From Candidatus Heimdallarchaeota archaeon (GTDB lineage: Archaea; Asgardarchaeota; Heimdallarchaeia; Heimdallarchaeales; Heimdallarchaeaceae): DNA of 64,000 nucleotides. The number at the start of each line of letters is the position of its first letter. The first letter of the stretch is position 1. The notes below the pieces were generated by a model, which saw only the letters and a list, made by a program, of their open reading frames with translations, was not told where the DNA came from and searched no databases. Where the stretch lies: contig JAUVXV010000004.1 of NCBI GenBank assembly GCA_030603365.1, forward strand, positions 64,001-128,000, given 5' to 3'. The position numbers and the translations under genes were made by a program. Below are positions 19,717-26,819 of this stretch, piece after piece.

Positions 19717-19793
19717 TGGTGGACCGGGCGAGATTCGAACTCGCGGCCTCTTCCATGCCAAGGAAGCGATCTTCCAGACTGATCTACCGGCCC
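19717..19793 (-). tRNA. tRNA-Ala(GGC)
   Basis: GGGCCGG/CCGGTCC with G3-U70; anticodon arm CTTCC-TTGGCAT-GGAAG. Confidence 0.97.
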
Positions 19794-19869
19794 AGAATTT
19801 AAGGCTCAATCAACAGAATTATTGAGCATAAATGAGTTTTTTTAACTATGAAATTTAATTAAAGCAAAT

Positions 19870-20034
19870 CTAGTGTCTGTGCCAAGCATAGTTTCTAATT
19901 TTTGTTGATCTTCCGAATCCACAAGATGCACATTGTTTATGTCTTCTATGGAAGGATCTATTACCACATCTTCTACATATAATGTGGGGTGCTTTTTTGT
20001 TATGCTTTCCAAATGATGGAGTTCCCTTTGTCAT
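19870..20034 (-). CDS. rpl37e: 50S ribosomal protein L37e (not in the ORF track)
   Basis: Hand translation [54 protein letters not shown]; follows the Sm gene, a conserved archaeal pair. Confidence 0.97.
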   Translation of the reverse strand: MTKGTPSFGKHNKKAPHIICRRCGNRSFHRRHKQCASCGFGRSTKIRNYAWHRH

Positions 20035-20055
20035 TTTTATACCTTCTAATTAGAT

Positions 20056-20283
20056 TTATTTCGGAGGAGGACTAATCATAATTACATTGTCACCACGTAC
20101 AATGATATCTCCTAATTTTGTAGTTCCTTCTGAACCAATCTCTTCTGCGTTTTCAAGTGTTAGATTTAGATGAATATCATAATTTTTTAAGATGCCTCTC
20201 ATTCGACGATTACCACGTAATCTGATTAATACTCTTTTTTCTCTAGCTTGATTTAAGATATCCATCGGTTTGCTTGTTGTCAT
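20056..20283 (-). CDS. Sm-like archaeal protein (SmAP1/Lsm)
   Basis: Sm1 'GILKNYDIHLNLTL' and Sm2 'IIVRGDNV'. Confidence 0.95.
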   Translation of the reverse strand: MTTSKPMDILNQAREKRVLIRLRGNRRMRGILKNYDIHLNLTLENAEEIGSEGTTKLGDIIVRGDNVIMISPPPK

Positions 20284-20504
20284 AGTTATTACTCCAAAAC
20301 TATACGAACTCCAACTTTAAGATTTCATTATAAAAGTTTTTATCATGTAGTCATATTGAACCCATCAACTATCAATTTAGAGAAATAACTGAAAGTAAGT
20401 TATTACGAGGGTTTTAATAGCGAAATATAGGAAAAAAAAGAAGAAGAAAGAGTTAAGGTTTAAAATTATAAAACTTTCTGTTATGAGTTACTTTTTCCGA
20501 CAAT

Positions 20505-20820
20505 TTCCGAGTAGAAGTTGTGAAGAGCGTTTCAGGACTCATCCTAGACCAGCGTAGTGTAGATGAAAAACAAAGTTCTTCATAGGTGTATAACTGCACA
20601 AAATGGAAAGATAAACAATTCAAGCTGTGACAGTACCGGTCTTCTGGAGTAGAATATACAAAACTGTATACCTAGCTCAAAGGAATCATTTCCCGTTACG
20701 AGAGGGAACTCATTACCTGACCTAGCAAAGCGAAGCAATTGATAGGTCCTCTACCTGTCCCATCGAATCTAGAGAAACGATGTATCCCCTACGGAATACT
20801 TAAGCCACTGGCTTAAGGGT
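20505..20820 (-). ncRNA. Putative omegaRNA/reRNA (guide scaffold) of the TnpB nuclease
   Basis: Overlaps and follows the tnpB stop. Hairpins on the minus strand: CTTAAGCC/GGCTTAAG, GACCTA/TAGGTC, TTCCC/GGGAA, TATACA/TGTATA, ATGAAGAAC/GTTTTTCAT, long-range AGACCGGT/GCTGGTCT, AGGA/TCCT. Boundaries are inferred. Confidence 0.55.
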
Positions 20821-22370
20821 TCAAAGCATTCATACCACTCTAGCTTATGGAAGTCTCCAGAAAGTGTATCACGGAGGTTGTATTGATAATTTTTAGTTGG
20901 TTCTAAAACATATTTGATCAACCTCTTAGCTATGTTTCTCGCCCCGTTCAAGTCAGCATTGAGTTCATACTTGCATTGGTGGCAAACAAATCGTCCTTGA
21001 CTTGAGCGGGTAGTCTTTGTAGAAAAACATCTAGAACATCGTTTCGAGGTATTTTTCTCATCAACAGCTACAACGCGATAAGACTCAAATCCGTGTTTTT
21101 GAAGTTTGTACATCAGTTTCGTTATAAAGAGGCGATAACACCACTTATGTAACTGACGACGTAAAGATTTGTTTCCACTTCCACTTTGGTGATTTTTCCG
21201 AATATGCTTAGGATAGCCAACAGATACAAACAGATTATAACGCTTCTTCAACTGGAGAATGAAATCAACTAATTGATTGACTGCATAGCCCAGTTCCTGT
21301 TCCGTAACAGAACGAAGTCTTTTCCGTAGTTGGGAAAGTTTGACGTTAAGCTGGTTGTGGGGTTGACCATTCTTCTTCCTTGTATCTAGTTCGCTCTGAA
21401 TAGATTGAATCCTTTTCTCTAGTCGATACATCTTAGCTTGTCTCTCCTTATTGACAATGAAACAAAGTTCATCCATAATTACTTTCCCAGTTGGGGTAAG
21501 TAACACAGCAACAGCTGTCTTCTTTATTCCCAAATCTACGCCTAACACTGCGGGAGGGTTAGTGGATTGGTAGCTGGGAACAGAAAATTGTTGGCTGAAA
21601 TGCGCCCACCATTGTTGCTCTTCGGATTTATAGACTAGTTCCAACTGCTTAGTTTTCGCTAGTTTCAGCTTCTTCTCGTGACAAGGGGAATAAGCTAAAG
21701 GTAGCCACATCTTAGGATGGATATGTCTATCAGCTCTTTTTGAATCAAGAGAGTCTCGCACTTCTAACCATAGTTTGGCTTCAGGATTGTCGGGTTTAGG
21801 ATGAATCCTTACCGTCCAACTACCTGGTGTCATTCTTGGATACAAAGGACGAGGGATTTTCTTCTTGAACTCTGGTCTATTCAGATTCGTCTTAGAACGC
21901 TCTTGTAGTTGTCTCCAACTTTCATAAGCCCAGATAGCTTTGTCTCTACATTCTTGGAATTCATTAACTGAACTGCGAGGAAAACGTTTCTTCAGATCGT
22001 GAGGAACAGAAGTTCGTAACTTGTTCTTCCCTTTTCTGACCGTCGTTAAAGTTAACTTATCCAAAACGGATTTGTTTACTGTTAAGTCCTTCTTGATTAG
22101 TTTTTGTAATTGGCCATCTATTAGGACTTGTTTTTCCTCGTTGTGGTAGATGATTCTCAAGTAGTCTCGAATGATTCTCGTATCTCTTTCGGTTATTCTT
22201 CGCAACCTTTCACACTCTCTAACAGACATTAGTTCCGTCTTGATCCTTAGAGGAACGGCCTCATAGAATGTAACTAATGATGCTTGAGAAGTGCTTTTGT
22301 CTTCTTCAAATTTGTCGTGTTTCTTGTTCTCATTTAGTTCTTCTTGTTTATTCATTTCTTCTTTTTTCAA
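20769..22370 (-). mobile_element. tnpB: TnpB-family RNA-guided endonuclease (533 aa) with rearranged RuvC; no adjacent TnpA
   Basis: RuvC-I 'VLGVDLG'; RuvC-II position 'VSVGYP'; 'VDEKNTSKRCSRC...CHQC' zinc ribbon; RuvC-III 'NADLNGARNI'. AGGAGGT precedes the TTG start. Visibly more GC-rich than its neighbours. Confidence 0.9.
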
Positions 22371-22632
22371 GTCTTTTACCTCCTGAAATTATAAGTGTTT
22401 GATAAACATTGAACCTTTTTTCGAATTGTCGAAAATCATTGGTTCCTCTTCTAGAATCGGTGTGAAACTAGTAGAGGAACCAACGACTGGTACCACGTGT
22501 AAAATTGCTTCAGGAATTCGAATAAGATTTCAGAAGAACTACTTAACCTCTTTCTATCCTCCTTTTTTTGGTGATAAGCGAGCGATTAACAGTCCACGGG
22601 GGGTGGAGACGTAGTTATTCTCGCTCATCTAC
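22371..22632 (-). promoter_or_regulatory. Structured ~260-nt leader (or upstream ncRNA) of tnpB
   Basis: 10-bp stem GATGAGCGAG/CTCGCTTATC at 22573-22629; ~16-19 bp stem at 22439-22483; TTCCTGAAG can pair with the SD-containing TTTCAGGAG. Confidence 0.55.
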
Positions 22633-22650
22633 GTACAAACAAAAGTTGAC

Positions 22651-22658
22651 CTTATAAA
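22651..22658 (-). promoter_or_regulatory. Candidate TATA box (TTTATAAG) for the tnpB leader
   Basis: Archaeal TATA-like sequence about 22 nt upstream of the first leader hairpin. Confidence 0.45.
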
Positions 22659-23044
22659 CCCCAAGGAAATTTCATGACCTGCCTTTTTCTGTCAGATAAT
22701 TTGTCAATTCTCTTTGTGTACAGAATAGCAATTGCTGGCTGTATGGGAGTTTTTTCTCTAAAGTAACTTTTTCCAGTAAACCTTCTAATGTTATTTGTGT
22801 TGTTCCAAGAATAGCTTGCTCTATTTCAAACTCTGAAAATTCCTTTAATACAATAGAACAAACAATTTGTGCACTGGATCTGGTGTCAAAAAATAATGCT
22901 GAAATGCTCTCATCAAATTGTTAAATAGTTAAGAAACACACGTAAGTAACAACTAACAGAATAAGGATTTAACTTTAAATATCAAAATGAGTATGCATAT
23001 TATAGATACAGTACAAATCAGAAATATAGGAGAAATTATTTAGG

Positions 23045-23743
23045 ATGACAGTAGTAAACAAACAGAAGGTTAAGACCATTTTATTGATAAGTACAGTTCT
23101 ACTGTTAATGGGGAATAAGCAAGAGGTTATAGCAGAAGAAGAATATCTGATTGTAAGAATAGTAGATGCTGAGTATCCTCCGTCAGTCTATGTATTTACT
23201 GGTTGGAATTATACAGGTTTTAGTTTACGTTTTTATATGGAAGTGGAGAATCCAACACAATCAGAAATAAACATAACCTACTGGTGTAGTCCCCTACCGT
23301 TTCCACATTTAAGAACAAATCTGGAGAATGAAAGTCTTGAGGCAACAATATCTACTCAATATGAATGGTCATACCCCCAAAATTATTCTATGCCACCTGG
23401 AATTGAACAGAGATCACATCCTGCAGCTATAATAATTTTCAATTATGAAGAAACTCAACTTCCCTTAGGTGAATATGAGATATGGTATGATTATACAGAT
23501 TGCAGTTATACATATGTTCCTGTTATAACACAAAGCATGTTCATTTATGTTACAGAAGATAGTATATCCTACTTCTTCGAATACAATAACGAAACGAAAG
23601 TTGTTTCTACGACACAATTTACAGATACAACAAATCAATTTACAGATACAGCAAATCTTGTTTTAATCTATTTTATAACACCATATATTGTAAATGCAAT
23701 ATTAAATAGAATGAGAATGAGAATGAGAAAAATAAATAAATAA
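23045..23743 (+). CDS. Secreted or cell-surface protein with signal peptide, Thr-rich linker and C-terminal membrane anchor
   Basis: N-terminal basic plus hydrophobic stretch; N-glycosylation sequons; 21-nt tandem duplication encoding QFTDTTN/QFTDTAN; TM segment followed by a basic tail. Confidence 0.75.
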   Translation: MTVVNKQKVKTILLISTVLLLMGNKQEVIAEEEYLIVRIVDAEYPPSVYVFTGWNYTGFSLRFYMEVENPTQSEINITYWCSPLPFPHLRTNLENESLEATISTQYEWSYPQNYSMPPGIEQRSHPAAIIIFNYEETQLPLGEYEIWYDYTDCSYTYVPVITQSMFIYVTEDSISYFFEYNNETKVVSTTQFTDTTNQFTDTANLVLIYFITPYIVNAILNRMRMRMRKINK

Positions 23744-23785
23744 ATAATCTTTAGAATATCTGATTAACCATTATAGTAATCTTGA

Positions 23786-24153
23786 TTGATTTGACAACTT
23801 GAACACTTATCAATATAACGTCAAAGACTAATAATTACATCTTTAGATTTTTTACCACTCATATATTCGATATCAATTCTTCCTACGGCAACTCTAGTAA
23901 CAGATTGCTCTGTTTATTGTTTTTCAGCTACTTCCTCTGGTTTCTCATCTAGTTTCTTAATCATAAGTTCCAAAGCTGTTTTTTTCTCTTCAAAATCTTC
24001 TAGAAAGCGCACTTTACCCTTGAATTGAGCGGTTGCATACAGATGATCACAAGCTCCTTGAATATACCCTTCATCAACTAAAGCCTGTCCACACACAATG
24101 TTATTTTCTTTTAAGATATCGACTTTTTTACCCTCGCTTGCACAATGGAAAAA
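23786..24153 (-). pseudogene. Inverted partial copy (3' two-thirds plus downstream spacer) of the gene at 61072-61563, with a nonsense mutation
   Basis: Reverse complement aligns to ~61230-61598 at about 95% identity; TTA>TAA at 23914-23916. Confidence 0.92.
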
Positions 24154-24326
24154 ATTATTGTGATGGATTAATTACGAATTTACCGATTTCAAATGGGTTC
24201 CTTCATTTTAATTTTTCTAGCAAAACGATTGCTACTGCACAAGTATTTCTTTAGTTAGAAATCGTTACCTTTAAGTAGAGAACGGCTTGCTTCCTTCTTA
24301 AGTTATTATTATATGAGGCGTAACTA

Positions 24327-24824
24327 ATGAGTACTGAATATGTAACAGTGGATTTACTTGTAGATGGAGGAAAAGCATCACCAGGAGGAGCAATGGGTCC
24401 AGCTCTAGGTCCACTTGGTGTTAATATGGGTAAAGTAGTTCAAGAAATAAATAAAAAAACTCAAGCTTATGCTGGAATGAAAGTTCCCGTAAAAATTGTT
24501 GTAAATAAAATAACCAAATCCTTTGAACTCGAAATAGGTATTCCTCCCGCCTCTGCACTTGTATTGAAAGCCGCAAACCTTCCTAAAGGATCAGGTACTC
24601 CTAGTAAAGAAATCATAGGAAACATCACTTTTCCACAATTAATTGATTGTGCCAAAGCGAAGTGGGATGATTTAACTGCTAGTACCATAGGCGCTGCTTG
24701 TAAAGAAATTCTTGGTACCATGGTTTGTATGGGTGTAACTTGTGAGGGAAAAGATCCTCGGGAAGTGCAGAAAGAAATTGATGAAGACAAATACGAAGAA
24801 CTTCTCAAAGAAGCTGCAATGTAG
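24327..24824 (+). CDS. rpl11: 50S ribosomal protein L11
   Basis: 'GGKASPG..MGPALGPLGVN', 'GMKVPV', 'GIPPAS', 'GTMVCMGV'. Confidence 0.97.
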   Translation: MSTEYVTVDLLVDGGKASPGGAMGPALGPLGVNMGKVVQEINKKTQAYAGMKVPVKIVVNKITKSFELEIGIPPASALVLKAANLPKGSGTPSKEIIGNITFPQLIDCAKAKWDDLTASTIGAACKEILGTMVCMGVTCEGKDPREVQKEIDEDKYEELLKEAAM

Positions 24825-24896
24825 GTCTTTATTCTTTGAGTTAATCAACAGAACAATTAAAAATAAGAAATAAAAACGATTAGTGAGGTAAAAAAC

Positions 24897-25091
24897 ATGA
24901 GCAAAATTGTTACTAAAACCCGAAGTTTCTTTATTAATAGTCGTAAAGTACTTCGTCATGCCAAGAGACCAAGTAGGCGTGAACTATCTATTACTACCAA
25001 AATGAGTGCTTTAGGCATTATAATTATAGGTGTAATTGGATATGTTATTAGTTTACTTTTCAATGCTATAATGAGTGCAATTACTGGTTAG
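24897..25091 (+). CDS. secE: Protein translocase SecE/Sec61-gamma
   Basis: 'KVLRHAKRPSRRE' followed by one TM segment 'GIIIIGVIGYVI'. Confidence 0.93.
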   Translation: MSKIVTKTRSFFINSRKVLRHAKRPSRRELSITTKMSALGIIIIGVIGYVISLLFNAIMSAITG

Positions 25092-25147
25092 CTAAAGAGA
25101 CCTCTCAAATCAAACACGATAAAAAATCAAGAAGTAGATGTGATAAA

Positions 25148-25636
25148 ATGCCCATTTATGCTCTTAGAACAACAATTGGTCAAGAACATTCTCTAAGTGA
25201 GCATTTGGCTCGTAGAGCTGAACGAAGACCCCATCTCAAAATATTCTCTGTTTTAGTTCCAGGGGGACTTAAAGGTTATATTTTCGTTGAAGCAAGTTCT
25301 ATTGATGATGTTGAATTATTAGTGGAAGGGATGAGACATGTTCGAAAGAGACCCAGAGCTTCGAGAGCTGAGGAAATACCAATTAATGAATTGGATCATT
25401 TCTTAGTACCAAGACCTGTTATAGAAGGAGTAGATATTAACGACATAGTTGAAGTTATTAATGGTCCATTCAAAGGTTCAAAAGCAAGGGTTCTTGATAT
25501 TAATGTAGGGAAAGAAGAAGTAACAGTTGAACTTCTAGCAATGGACTTACAAATACCTGTAACAATATCTGGTGAATCAATTCGTGTAATTGAAAAATCA
25601 ACAGAAAAGGAAACAGAAGAAGAATATCTTTTATAA
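25148..25636 (+). CDS. spt5: Transcription elongation factor Spt5 (NusG)
   Basis: NGN 'RTTIGQE', 'KGYIFVEA'; KOW 'VEVINGPFKG'. Confidence 0.96.
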   Translation: MPIYALRTTIGQEHSLSEHLARRAERRPHLKIFSVLVPGGLKGYIFVEASSIDDVELLVEGMRHVRKRPRASRAEEIPINELDHFLVPRPVIEGVDINDIVEVINGPFKGSKARVLDINVGKEEVTVELLAMDLQIPVTISGESIRVIEKSTEKETEEEYLL

Positions 25637-25690
25637 TATTTTCTACAATTCTTATTTCTTTTTATAAAATCAGTGCAATTTAAAACCAAT

Positions 25691-26734
25691 TTACAAGTAT
25701 TCTTCTAGAGTTGGTTTTTCCTTTGCAAGTTTCATAGGCCTAGCAAACAATTTTAATTTTTGTCTCACGATTGCAGCGAACTCTGAATCAAACCCATATA
25801 ATGTGAAAACTTTCTTTGGGTTTATTGTTTGAACATGATTTAGAAGTTCATTACAATTAGCATGCATTGAAAAAGGAAACGCTTGCTCAAAACTAGAAAA
25901 AGCAAAACGCGCTGCTTGACCTGTTACTATGCTTCTTGCGATTCTACGTTCTTTCAAAAATTCTGGTATTTCTTTTAATGCCCTAGGTAATATTATTACA
26001 CTATTCTCTGCTCTAAATTCAGTATCATTTAAGATATCGAAACTGTTCCAATTTAGCGAAATTCCTTCTTTTTTGTAGATTTTATTAATTTCACTTGTTC
26101 TATTATCACAGTAAATGTCAACTGAAAGCATTTCATTTAAAAAAGCAGTTAATTCTTGAGCTCCCCCTAGGTGACCAATATTGATAATGGGTATCTTCTT
26201 ATTTTGGAGACTATCCGTAATCCATTTTAGAATAGAGATTTTTGTTCTCTCTCTAGAATCGAACATCAAATCAGCTTTACCGTAAGTTGATTCAATTATT
26301 AAGACATCAATGTCAACATCAGGGATCTCTGCTTTGGGTACGGTTATCATTTCGTTTGTACTTATGTCTCCTGTATAACAAACTGTCATGTCATCAAAAT
26401 AAAGGATAATTTGTGCAGCTCCAAGTAGGTGTCCTGCAAGAATGAACTTAACTTCAATATCATTCACTTTTATTTTCTTATTGAAATCCACAAAATGAGT
26501 GTTTTTTGGCTTTCTTGCTGTCAAACTTTCATACAATCTACTAGCAATTTCAGTAGAATAAACTTTAATCCCTTTATTTGGAAAAGCTATTGAATGATCA
26601 GTATGTGCGTGTGTAATAAGAGCAGCATCGCAATTTGAAGCGGCTTTTGTGGTTGTTGGGTCAGCTATTAAGGACATATTATCAGGTTTTGATATGAATT
26701 TAATACCGCTTTCATACTTGAATAAAGTTGGCAT
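25691..26734 (-). CDS. MBL-fold/beta-CASP-related hydrolase
   Basis: 'THAHTDH', 'AGHLLG', 'YTGD', 'IESTYG', 'SMHA'. Confidence 0.85.
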   Translation of the reverse strand: MPTLFKYESGIKFISKPDNMSLIADPTTTKAASNCDAALITHAHTDHSIAFPNKGIKVYSTEIASRLYESLTARKPKNTHFVDFNKKIKVNDIEVKFILAGHLLGAAQIILYFDDMTVCYTGDISTNEMITVPKAEIPDVDIDVLIIESTYGKADLMFDSRERTKISILKWITDSLQNKKIPIINIGHLGGAQELTAFLNEMLSVDIYCDNRTSEINKIYKKEGISLNWNSFDILNDTEFRAENSVIILPRALKEIPEFLKERRIARSIVTGQAARFAFSSFEQAFPFSMHANCNELLNHVQTINPKKVFTLYGFDSEFAAIVRQKLKLFARPMKLAKEKPTLEEYL

Positions 26735-26819
26735 AAGCTGAACCTCAGATATTCCAATTGGTGTTGAGACTCTATTAATTGTAGTATTAAATCTTTTTAA
26801 TATTCTAAAGACAATTTTC

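Noticed and set aside
19714-19719. Genome-encoded CCACCA after tRNA-Ala
   Set aside because: CCACCA degradation tagging is added post-transcriptionally, and three extra matching bases are easily chance.
20525-20555. Hammerhead ribozyme-like 'GATGAG...GAAAC'
   Set aside because: The CUGANGA core is absent, and TGAG is the loop of a hairpin rather than a junction strand.
20485-22775. TTACTTTTTCC / TAACTTTTTCC as target-site duplication of the TnpB element
   Set aside because: Imperfect and low-complexity, and IS200/605- and IS607-type elements do not generate such duplications.
20290-22950. CRISPR array or cas genes around the TnpB (Cas12f interpretation)
   Set aside because: No regularly spaced direct repeats and no cas1, cas2 or cas4. 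A single GAAAC is not an array.
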